Assembly (NCBI GenBank): GCA_014905635.1
Contig: JABVCE010000017.1
Span: forward strand, 62,001 to 126,000
Source: Scenedesmus sp. PABB004
Lineage: Eukaryota
Reading direction: 5' to 3'
DNA: 64,000 nt
The translations under genes were made by a program, and so were the position numbers. Below are positions 11,973-22,778 of the stretch, one piece after another; position 1 is the first letter of the stretch; each line of letters opens with the position of its first letter. Below the pieces are notes generated by a model, which did not search any database, was not told the origin of the DNA, and saw nothing but the letters and a program-made list of their open reading frames with translations.

Positions 11973-14496
11973 GCGTGCCGGCAGACCGCTGGTCGTCGCG
12001 CGCGTCGAACCGCGGCTCTGTGACTGCTGCGACTGCAGGGGCGCCTCCGCCAACGCCTCCGACACCGCACACACGCGCCCGCCGCTCCAGCTCGCCACCG
12101 CTCCAGCGCGGCACCTTGCAGCGCGGCACGGCGAGCGCGGCGGCACAGCAGCAGCAGCAGCGGCGGCGCGGTGCGATGTGGCGGCGCGCCGACCAGGCTC
12201 CACCAGGGGGCGACCCGGCCCCGGCCCATCGTTGGGCTCCCACCGACGGCGGCAGCGGTGGCGGCGCGGGCGACCCCGGGCGCGGCGGCGGTCTCGCGTC
12301 AGGCGGGCCGCGGCACGAGGGCGGTTGGCCGCGGGACGGCAGGGCCGACTGCCCGGACTGGCGGCGGGGGGCAGCGCCGCCGGACGACGGCTTGGACTGG
12401 CGGCGCAGAGCAGCAGCGCCTGGCGCCGGCGGCCAGGTGCGTGTGCGTGGTCGCGCGCAGGGGCAGCCGGCGCGTGCCGACCCTGACGCTGTGCTCGGCG
12501 GCCTGCGCAGGTCCGCGGCGCGCTCATGGCGGCCATGAAGGAAGCCGCCACCCTCGCGGAGCTGCAGCAGCTGGTGGAGCACGCGGGCAGCCTCGACCAC
12601 ATCCACCTGGCGGCGACCGCCACGCAGCTGGGCCAGTGGGTGCGGCGCGGCGTCATCCGCACCAGCGCCGACCAGGCCGCGGCGCAGCAGCTGCTGCGGC
12701 GCGTGGAGGAGCAGCTGCTGCAGCCGGCGCTCCTGCAGGCGTGCAACTGCCGGGGGCTGTCCAACGTGGTGTGGGCGGCCGGCGTGTGCGGCTACGACGG
12801 GCCGCTGCTCCGGACCTGCCTGGCGCGGCTCCTGGCCCCTGAGCAGCTGCGCGGCGCCAACGCCCAGGACCTGGCCAGCGCAGCGCACGGCGCGGCCACG
12901 GCTGGCGTGGCGCTGGAGCAGGGCGACGTGCAGCGGCTCCTGACGGCGCTGGAGCGGCAGCTGGGCGCGATCAAGCCCCAGGACGTGGCCAACACGCTGT
13001 GGGCGGTGGCTCGAATGGGTCGTGAGGTGCCGCAGCGGCAGCTGGAGCAGCTGCTGGCGGTGCTGGAGCAGCAGCTGCGCGTGGCCAAGCCTCAAGAGCT
13101 GGCCAACTCGCTGTGGGCGGTGGCCACCATGGGCTACGAGGTGCCGCAGGCACATCTGGAGCACCTGCTGGCAGCGCTGGAGCGCCAGCTGGGCGCAGCC
13201 AAGCCTCAAGAGCTGGCCAACACGCTGTGGGCGGTGGCCAAAATGGGCCGCGGAGTGCCGCGGCCACAGCTGGAGCAGCTGCTGGCGGCGCTGGAGCGGC
13301 AACTGGGTGCAGCCTCGCCCCAGGCTGTGTCCAACGTGCTGTGGGCGGTGGCGAGCATGGGCCGCGCAGTGCCGCAGCGGCAGCTTGAGCAGTTGCTGGC
13401 GGCGCTGGAGCGGCAGCCGGGCGCGGCCAAGCCCCAAGAGTTGGCCAGCACGCTGTGGGCGGTGGCCACCATGGGCTGCGAGGTGCCGCAGCCGCAGCTG
13501 GAGCACCTGCTGGCAGCGCTGGAGCGCCAGCTGGGCACGACCAAGCCCCAGGATGTGGCCAACACGCTGTGGGCGTGTGGGCAGCTGCGCCACCTGCCGT
13601 CCCAGCTGCTCGCGGCACTGGCGCAGCAGCCGGCTCAGCTGGAGCGGCTGCTGGCGGACAGCAGCGCTCAAGCCTTTGCCAACATTGCCCTGGCCTGCGC
13701 CCAGCTGGGCCACGCGGACGAGCGGCTGCTGGGCCCGCTGCTGCGGCGGGCGGTGACCCAGGTGCAGGCGGGCGCCAGCTGGTCAGGGCAGGATCTGGCC
13801 AACACCTGCTGGGCTGTGGCGGTGCTGGACCTGCAGCAGTGCGCAGGCGAGCTGGCGGTGCTGGCGCGCGCCGCCAGCGAGCAGTGGGGTCGCATGGCAC
13901 CTGAGAATCTGCGCCAGCTGCACCAGGTGCAGCTGTGGGCGACGGACTGCGGCCTGCATCTGCCGGGCGGCGGCGGGAGGCCGGGGCTGGCGAGCGCGCT
14001 GGCGCCGCAACAGCTGCAGGCCTGCCGCGCGGCGTGGGCGGCGGGGCTGGCGGCGAGGCAGAAGCAGCAGCCGAGCCGGTTTCAGCGCGAGGTGTTTGCC
14101 GCGCTGCAGCGCCTGCCGCTGAAGTGGGCGGCGCCGCCGGCGATGGAGCAGCTGGCGGCGCCGGACGGCGCCTGCCTGGTCGACATCACCGCCACGACGG
14201 CGAGCGGCGCGCGGCTGGCAGTGGAGGCGGACGGGCCCACGCACTTCAGGACGCCCGGCCGCGGCCTCATGGGGGAGACGCTGTTCAGGTGCGGGCGCTG
14301 CCGCGGCTGGGCTGCTCTGGCCAGCCCGCACTCGCGCGATTGCAAGCAGGCCCGCTCACACGCTGCCCGCCCGCCTGCCGTTGCTGCCGCCGCGCGCACA
14401 GGAACCGGGCTCTGGTGGCGCGGGGCTACGCGCTGGTGGTGGTGCCGTGGTTTGAGTGGGCAGAGCTGCGCAGCGGGGAGGAGCGGCAGCGCTGGC
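11973..14496 (+). repeat. Inverted duplication 1, right arm
   Basis: Reverse complement of ~5621-8134 with few differences, mostly near the ends. Confidence 0.92.
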
Positions 14497-14606
14497 TGGC
14501 GGGCCGCGTCGACGCGGCGCTGGCAGCGGTCGGCGTTCGGCCTCGAGGCGGCGTGCAAGCGGGAACGGCACGGCGACTGGGCGACAGCGACGCGGGCCGT
14601 TGGTGA
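12176..14606 (+). CDS. OPR-RAP protein, copy B
   Basis: Near-identical inverted copy of copy A. Exons ~12176-12436, 12511-14288 and 14401-14606 (RNRALVARGYALVVVPWFEW...). Confidence 0.9.
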
Positions 14607-14984
14607 ATGGCCACGGTCAACGGTGCCCGCCGAGGGCGCCGCCCCCGGCACGCAGCATGCCGCGCCGTGCTGAGCCTGTCCAAAGCCCGATAACGGCTCG
14701 CCGCTGCACCGCCGCTGCACGCCGCCAGCGGCCAGCCCGTGGTGCAGAGTACCCGTGGAACCGCCACCCGCTGGCGCTACCTGCCGCGGCAGCGCAGCCT
14801 CCCGCCGCTCGCCGCGTCTGCTGCTGCTCCGCCGCCCGCCGGCGCCGCGGGTGCCCGCCGACGCCAACGCCGCCACCGCCGCGGCCATCGCCGGCCCGAG
14901 GAACAGGCCGCGCGCCGGGCGTGGCTCCGGCGCGGGGGCGGCCCGCGGCGCGCCGGGGCGGCCGCCGGCGCGCGCCGCTGCCTC

Positions 14985-15435
14985 ATGTCGCTGGTCTACT
15001 CCCTGTACGTCGTCAACAAGAGCGGCGGCCTCATCTACAGCAAGGTGAGCGACGCGCGGCACCTCTCGCCCGCGCGATCGGTCTGCGGCCCCTCGCAGCA
15101 GGCTGGGCGCGCGGCGGCAGCGGCGCGCTGCCGCGGCGCCGGCGGCGATCGCAGGGCGTGCAGCTGCAGCACCTGAAGCTGCTGCAGCAGCTGAAGCAGC
15201 GGAATCAGCGTGCCGGGGACGGGGGTGCCGGCAGGCGCGGGCGTCGACCCGCCCGACCGCAGCCTGCGCCAACCGCTGGCGCTGCTGCTCCGTCCCGCCC
15301 GCCGCGGCCCGCAGGACTTTGAGCCCGCGGCGCGGCTGGACCTCAATGACACGCTGCGCCTGGCCAGCATTTGGTGCGCGCGCCACGCGCGCCGGCCCGC
15401 GCCTGGCTGGCGGGCGGCCGCGCGGACGGCGCAGC

Positions 15436-15476
<41 letters not shown>

Positions 15477-16452
15477 TCCGCACCGACGCGCCGCGCCGCG
15501 CGGCGTGCCGCAGGCACTCGCTGCACGCCATCGCGTCGCAGCTCTCGCCCGCGCCGGGGTGCTCCGGCATCGAGCTGCTGCAGGCGGAGACGTTTGACCT
15601 GCACTGCCTGCAGGCGCGGCGGCGCCCGCCGCGCCGCGCGCGCCGCACAGCGCTGCTGCCCGCCCGCGGCGCACGCGCCGCGGCCCCGCCGGGCCGCCGA
15701 CCCGCCGCCGTCGACGCGCCCCGCCTGGCCGCGCCGCGCCGCGCCTCGCAGAGCCCCACGGGGCTCAAGTTTCTGATGATGGTCGAGCCGCAGTGCCCCC
15801 AGGTCCCCGCGCTGCTCGGACGGTGCGGCGGGCGCGCGGGCGGCGGCGCCGGCGGCCGGGCCGCCGGCTGCCGGTCGCCGGCCAACAGCGCGGCGCTGCG
15901 TGACGCGCCCTCGCTCGCCCGCCCGCGCACGCACACGCACACACACACGCGCGCGCACACACGCACTCTCGTTCCCTTTCCCCCCCTCCCACATACCCGC
16001 CCACCCACCCACCCGCCCACCTACCTGCGCGCACAGCGTGTATGAGCTGTACAGTGACTACGTAATGAAAAACCCCTTCCACGAGGTGGAGCAGGTGCGC
16101 CACCCCTGAACCCTTGGGGCCACGCACGCACGCACCTACGACACGCGCGCCCGCCCGCCCGCCCGCGTTGAGGCGCCGCGCGCGCCGCCGCTGCGGACGC
16201 GACGCCGCGCTGCGCTGCGCCGCGCCGCGCCGCGCGCTCACCCGCCTCCTCCTCCCCCGCGCTGTGCCGCCCGCGCGCGCGGCGCCGCGCTGGGCGCGCG
16301 CTGCGGCGCTGCCGGGCGGGGTTTAGGTGATCAAGTGCGAGCGCTTTGACGCGGCGGTGGACCTTGCGGTGCGGCGCTACCCTCTCATGCTGCTCGCCAC
16401 GCCGCAGCAGGGGCCCGCCGCGCTCGGCCCGCTCGGCGGCGGCGCCGCCTGA
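14985..16452 (+). CDS. TRAPPC4: Trafficking protein particle complex subunit 4 (Trs23/synbindin), 6 exons
   Basis: [78 protein letters not shown]...|[27 protein letters not shown] is a typical TRAPPC4 sequence. Confidence 0.93.
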
Positions 16453-16599
16453 CGCGGCGGCGGCGGACGCAGCAGCGGCGGCGGGCGCGCCCTGCGGCTG
16501 GCTGGCGGGCTGCGCGCCGGCGCGCGGCCCTCCGAGGCGGGTCGGGGCCTGGTGCAACGCTGCCGGCAGTCTTCGCCACACTGTGGTCACACGGCCAAG

Positions 16600-18080
16600 T
16601 CAGCCCCGCCGCCCGTGGCGCCGTGCCCACGGGCTGGCTGCGTGGCCGGCGGCACACCCAGTGCAAATCAGCCACAGTCCGCACCAAATCACCGACCACC
16701 AGCAAGTCCAGCACCGGCAGCAAACCAAATCAGTGACGTCGGAACTGACAGCGCAGCTCCTGCAGGGTCAGCCGCCGCTCGCGCACGGCTGCGCTGCCAG
16801 CGCCCTGTGCGGGCTGGCTGCCGCGCGCGCCCGCCGAGATCCCTGCCACCGGCCCGTGCACAGCACGGTTGCGCGGCGAGCGCAGCCCCAGCCGCAGCAA
16901 CGCCGCAGGCTAGCGCCGAGCGGGGCGCTTGCCAGTGTTGATGTGCACCAGCATCTCCTTGCCGCGCTCACTCAGCTTGCAGCGCGGCCGCGGCAGGCGC
17001 AGCCCCGGGCGGTGCATGTGCTCCGGGTAGGCTTTCTTGTACTCCTCACAGCTGTGCACGCCATCATCTAAGCGACAGCGGCGGCGGCGGAGAGGCCGAC
17101 GTGAGCCGCGCAGCGTTGCACGCGTCGCTGCGCTGCAGCTGCTTCTGCTGCACCAGCGCTCGGGGCCCGCGTGGCTGCCGCAGCCAGAGCTCACCGTTGA
17201 AGTCCAGCTGGTCCAGCACCGCGCCCGCAAACGTGAAGCCAACAAAACCGCCGCCGCCATCGGTGCGGTCTCCCTCAAAGCCGCCGTCACAGAAGACCTG
17301 GCTCAGGACCTTGGCCAGCTCGCCCACCGAAACGCCAAGCACTTCATCCATGTCACCGCAGCCCGGGCTGGGCCCCGGCGCGGGCGACGGCGAGGGAGCA
17401 GGAGGGTGGTGCGGGTCACGAGGGTGGTACGGGTGGTGGGCAGGGACGGCAGATGAGGGTGTGGCATCGGGCGCCACAGCGTCGGACGAGCGCCGAGCGG
17501 TGGCGCCACACGGCGCGCAGCCGCCGGCGGTGTACCTGCGGTGGGCGTGGGCGCCGCGGCACGCGGGCGGCGGCGGCGGCGGCAATGGCACGGCTGAGCG
17601 CTGCGCGCGTGAAGCAGTGAGGCTGCCGCGCGCTCTGCGAGCCCTGTGCGTTCTGCCAGCCGCACTCACGCGTTGGTGCAAGAGGTGTCACAGGCGCCCG
17701 CGGCCCTGTGTGCGTGCAGCGGGCAGGCGGTGTGAGGCAGCTGCGTGCGCCGCAGCGAAGGCCCAGGGCTGCCTCTCCCCTTGCCGGCGGCCCAGCGCCC
17801 AGCGCGCCGCTCGCAAGTTGCAGCCGGGGTCAACGTTGTTCACGCATGAGGGCTTCCCCTGCGGCAGGGCGGGACGCGGGCGTCTCGGGCGCGCGCGCTG
17901 CCGCCCGGCTTGGTGGCGGGCTCGCTGGCCGTCGCGGCCTGGACTGCGTCGTGGTGGCAGCTCACCCCTGGGCCTGTCACAATCTTGTTGAGGGCGGTGC
18001 TATAACCCGTGTAAGAGCGGCCGCAGCTGCCGCACCTGCACACGCAGCGCACGGCGGCGGCAGCGGCGGCGGCGGCAGCG

Positions 18081-18160
<80 letters not shown>

Positions 18161-19563
18161 TCGCGCCCAAACCCGGCACGTGCGCGCCAGGCTGTGGCCA
18201 ACCGGCCGGCGCGGCTGCTGAGCGCAGCCCCACAGCAGCTCACGGGTTGCAGTTGGCGCCTTGGGTGAGGGCAGGGCGGCGAGGCCGGCAGTGAGAGGGC
18301 ACGCGCAGGGCAGCGGCCATGCCGCGGGGCGGCTCAGTGCTGCGAACTCACCTAGAATGTTGCAGTCTGGCGGCAGACCACACGCGTCAGGCGGGCGGGC
18401 AGGCGGGCGGACGGCACGTGAGTGGCGGACCGGCGGCCGGCTGACGGCCCAGCAGGCCGCGGCTCGCCGCCCCGTCAGATGTCTGCGCGCCAGCGCTCAC
18501 ACGCGCTGATCATGTTGGAGTGCCGCCCTCGAATGTAGCAGTCAGCATTCGACGAGCCGTCGCCTGCGAGAGCGGTTGTGTGTGGTGCGGGCGTCACTGC
18601 GGCGCCGGGCTCGGGGCGCGGCCAGACGCGGCGCACCTGCAAAGTCGTACTCGGTTGGGTCGCAGTTGTCGTAGTAAACTGTCCAGAGATAATACGTATG
18701 AAGCCAGGCGTCTTTGACATAACAGTAACGATCAGACTGGTCAGGGCAGACTGCCTTCAGGTTGAGCGCGCCCGCGCCGCGCAGCGCGACGGCGACCAGC
18801 GCGAGCAGCAGCAGCCAGCGGGTGCCGCCGCGGCGGGCGGCCTGGCGCGACGCCTGGGCCATGGCAGTGATGGCAGTGATCTGCGGATGCCGGGAGCAGC
18901 GCGGCCGGTAGCTCGGGGTGCCGCTCCGCGCGGCCAGGGCGGCCCGCAGCGCGGGCCATCCCGCGAGCTCCCACGCGCGCCGCTGACCTCGCGCGCGGTG
19001 CGGCGTGCCCACCCGACGGTCTGACGGGGCCTGTACAACAGCCGTGCGGCGTGCTGCGTGCTGCGGCGAGTCGGGGGCGCGGAGAGCGGGCGGGCGGGCG
19101 ATTGGGCGGCCTCCCGTGCGGGCTGGCGGAGCGCGGGGTGCTTTCGGAGGGCGGCGTGTGCTGTGTTTCAGAGCCTGGTGTGCACGTGGAGCGCGCCTGA
19201 ACGCGGGACCGCGGCCGCACCGCACAGGGCCTCACGCGCCGTCAGAGTGAACGCGGCGTCGCGCGACGCCGCGATACGCGCGCGTATCGCGGGGCGGCGC
19301 GGCGGGCGGCGGCGGGCGCGGCGGTTGCCCCCGCAGCGACGAGGTGTGTCGGAAGTCCCTGGGCGGTGCGGCGGCGGGCGGTCGCGGCGCCGCCAGGGGC
19401 GGGGTCGGGCAATCGCTGGTGCGCTCCAGCGTTTGGTGGCCGCTGCGGTGGGTTCACGCCTCCAGCGTCCCCTCCCAGTCCAGGACCATGCGCTGACCGC
19501 CCGCCTGCAGCTGCAGGCCACCCCCCGGGCCCAGCAGCCCCGAGCCCTCGCCGGCGACGCCGC
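16600..19563 (-). repeat. Inverted duplication 2, left arm (pairs with ~26953-29838)
   Basis: Matching ORF translations (17064-17681 vs 28808-29425; 18261-18509 vs 28013-28261). The (GGC)n tract differs in length between arms. Confidence 0.92.
16910..18862 (-). CDS. Secreted cysteine-rich protein with Pro/His linker and EF-hand-like loop, copy A (unknown function)
   Basis: Inverted near-identical copy of the model at 27660-29579. Confidence 0.7.
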
Positions 19564-19596
19564 CGCTCGGCAGCCGATGGCTGCCCACAGCTCGCG

Positions 19597-21470
19597 TCAG
19601 TCGGTGTGGTCGTGGTCATGCTGCCGCTGCGCCGCGAGCACGCCCGCCGGCAGCACGCACAGCTTGGCGCCGATGGGCAGGTGGTCCGAGGGGTGCCGGG
19701 CGTTGGGCAGGCCGACGCGGCTGTGCGGCAGCCGCCGGTCGGAGGCGTCGCCCTCGTCCAGCGGCCAGAGCAGCGCCACCACGCTCATCGTGGTGCTTAC
19801 GAATAGCCAGTCCAGGCACGACGACAGCGCGGGCACCTGGCCGCACGGGCAGCGAGGCGCGGCACGGACGGCGCGCGGTCAGCCGAGGCGCCCGGCAACG
19901 CGCCCCAGGTCGCGTGCTGCCCAGGCCCCCACCCGCTGGAGGCGCCTGCCCGCGCCCGGCCGCTGCACATGCGCGCGCCCGGCGCCACGCCCGGCCACGC
20001 ACCTTGCGAGTGAAGGGCAGCGGGTGCTGCGCGTAGGCGTCCGCCAGGAGGTACGGCTGCGTCGCGTCCTCGACGCCCTCCGGCAGCACCGCTGTCTGCG
20101 CGGCGACGGCGCGGGGCCGCGACACGGCGCGACGCAGGGACGACGCGGCGCCGTCAGCGGCCTTCGCCACCGCTCGCCGCCCGGGCGCGTGTGGCGGCAT
20201 AGACGCGCGCGGCGCGACGCGCGCACCGTCGGCAGGTGCCGCTCACAGTAGCCGGCCGGCAGCCAGCCCTGGCTCAGCAGCCGCCACACCGCCTCGCTGC
20301 GGCCAGAGTTGAGGTCGCCTGTGAACACGACGTGGCACTCGGATGGCGGCAGGCCCGCCGACTGCTGGTGCCGCGCGAGCGAGGCCAGGGCGCTGGCGGC
20401 GGCGAACGCGGGCGCGGGGCGGCGGGTCGGCCGCGCGGCGGCGCCGGCGGCGGCGCGAGCGCGCGGCGCCGCCCCGTCTGCGCCGCCGCCGCGCGGGCCC
20501 GCGCGCCCCGCCGCACCTGCGCGCCTGCGCGAGCCGCTCCGCCGGCTTGCGCGGGCTGCCCTCGAGGTGGCAGTTTGCCACGTAGATCACCTGGCTGGCG
20601 CCGCTGCTGTCGGTGAAGAGCAGCGCCGCGAGCAGCGTGCGGCTGCGCGCGTCACTCCACCAGAGCTGCAGCTTGGCGGCACGGTACAGGGTCAGGCAGA
20701 CCGCCTGGCGCGGGGCGGGGCGGCAGGCGCTGTGGGCAGCCCGTCCGTCGCGGGCGGCGCGCGCGGCGGGAGGCGCGGCAGCGGCAGCGCCTCGCCTGCT
20801 TGCCCTTGGCGTCCTGCTGCACCGCGGCATAGCCCGCCGCCGCCGCAAACTCGAGCCACTCGGGCAGCCTGCCGCGGCGGCGCGATCGGGCGGCCGCCGC
20901 CGTCAGAGGCTGCTTTGGGGGGCTGCCAGCTGCCAGCTGCCGGCTGCCGCGGCAGCTCGCGCGGCAGCCTGGCCTGTCCCTGCGCCGCCGCCGCAGCGCC
21001 GGCGCCGCCGCCGCGGCGCCCGCGCCGCGCTCACGCCAGGACGTCCACCTCCTGCAAGCACACGACGTCAGCCTGCCAGCTCAGAAGCTGCTCCTGCGGG
21101 GGCCGGCGGGCGCGTTGGCGCGTCGCGCCGCGCAGCGAGCTGCGGCGGGCCGCTGCTGCGCCGGCGCCGGTGCTCGACAGACCTGCAGCAGCGGCCAGCG
21201 GTAGGCCCGCCAGTCGAGCTGCTCCTCCGGCACGTACTCCCCGTGCTTGGCCGCAAAGCAGTCGGCCAGAACGTTGTAGGAGACGACGCTGAGCTCGTCC
21301 GCGGCGCCCGTCGTGGCGAGGCTGCCCCGCGGCGCGAGGAGCGCAGGCTCGCCGCCGCCAGCGGCGTCGTCGCCGCCGTCTGAACGCGCGAGCTTGTGAA
21401 TGAGGGCGCCCGCCGCGCCCAGCACCGCTGCGCCCAGGCCCAGGCCCAGCGGCAGCAGCTGCCGCGCCAT
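19597..21470 (-). CDS. CCR4/nocturnin/angel-like exonuclease-endonuclease-phosphatase (EEP) protein
   Basis: SVVSYNVLAD, LDW..RW.LL, ADVVCLQEVD, VANCHLEG.P, FTGDLNS, LDWLFV and LPNARHPSDHLPI are EEP/CCR4 catalytic motifs in order. There is a hydrophobic N-terminal segment. Confidence 0.88.
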
Positions 21471-21783
21471 CGCCGGCGCGCGGCGGCGGAGCGGTGCCGC
21501 CGCTGCCGCTGCTGCTGCTGTCGCTGCCCGCTCCTGGCGCCGCGCGCCGCTGCCGGCGAACAGCGCGAGCTGACGCGTGCGTGGGCGAGGCTGCTGCTGC
21601 TGCGAAAGGCCGCGGCGCAGCGGCGGCGCAGCGCAGCGGTTTCGCCCCGCGTGGTTCTGAGGAGGGCACGCCGCTCGCGGCCTCCCGACTACGTGCATCC
21701 GGCCTGCCGCTCGGCACCGCCTGGCGACACACGCGCGCGCAGCCGGGGCGTGTCGCTCGGCCGCGCGCTCGAGCAGCGGCGGC

Positions 21784-22744
21784 ATGGCAGAGGCCAAGAA
21801 GAAGGCGCGCAGGGGGCTTGATGGGACGCGGGGGGATCCGTTCGGGGGCCGGTCGCATGCGGCAAGGGGCGCCAGGAGCCGCCGGGGGCCGCGGCAGCCC
21901 GCGCCGGCGCCAGGGCGCGGGCGCGCTGACCGGCGCGCGCCGGCGCAGGTGCGGCCCGGCGCCATCGAGCTGCACCCGGACGAGGTCGCCCTGGTGGTGC
22001 ACTACGAGGTGCGCGCATGGCCGGCGGCTGCAGGCGCCGCGGCAGCGCTGGCGCGCAGCGCGACCGCACGGTCATGCCGCACGCCGCCGAGCAGGTGGTG
22101 CTGGCGCAGCCCGACGGCTCGCAGGCGCCAGTGAGCGGCAGCCACGGGACCAAGAAGTGAGCCGGCGCCGCCGCCGCGCGGCGGGCGAGCGGCGAGCGCG
22201 CACGCGCCGGCGCGTCGCGTGGGGCGAGCGCGGCGTGCCGACCCGCCGCTGCTCCGCGCACCGCGGTCCCGGTCGCGCGCAGAGTGACTGTGAAGAGCCT
22301 GAGCGAGCGCACCGACCTGGAGGCGCTGGCGGCAGAGGTGGTTGACCGCTGCAAGCTCATCCACCCATCAAAGGTGGGGCGACGGGCGGCGGGCGCTGGA
22401 CACCGCGGCGCCGAGCACGGCGCCGAGGGCGGCAGCAGTCGGCGGCACCCGCTGAGCCCAGCCGCCTCCCCGCCGCCGCTGCCACGCTGGTCATGCAGGC
22501 GGGGCTGGTGCAGGGGCTGCTGCAGCAGCTGCTGCGCCGCCACCTGCAGCAGCAGCAGCAGCAGCAGGTGCCGACCGTCAGCGGGCAGCACCAGCTGGAG
22601 CAGCAACAGGCCCCAGGGCAGCAGGCGCAGCCGGGAGCAGCTGCACACGCGCCCGCCGCCGCTGCGTCACTGCGGCCCGGCTCGGCAGCCCCACGACCTG
22701 GCTCAGGCCGGCCGGCATCGGCGCAGAGGCCGAGCAGCCGGGGT

Positions 22745-22778
<34 letters not shown>

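Noticed and set aside
18052..18160. (GGC)n and (CAG)n tracts
   Set aside because: Ordinary microsatellites, abundant throughout this window.
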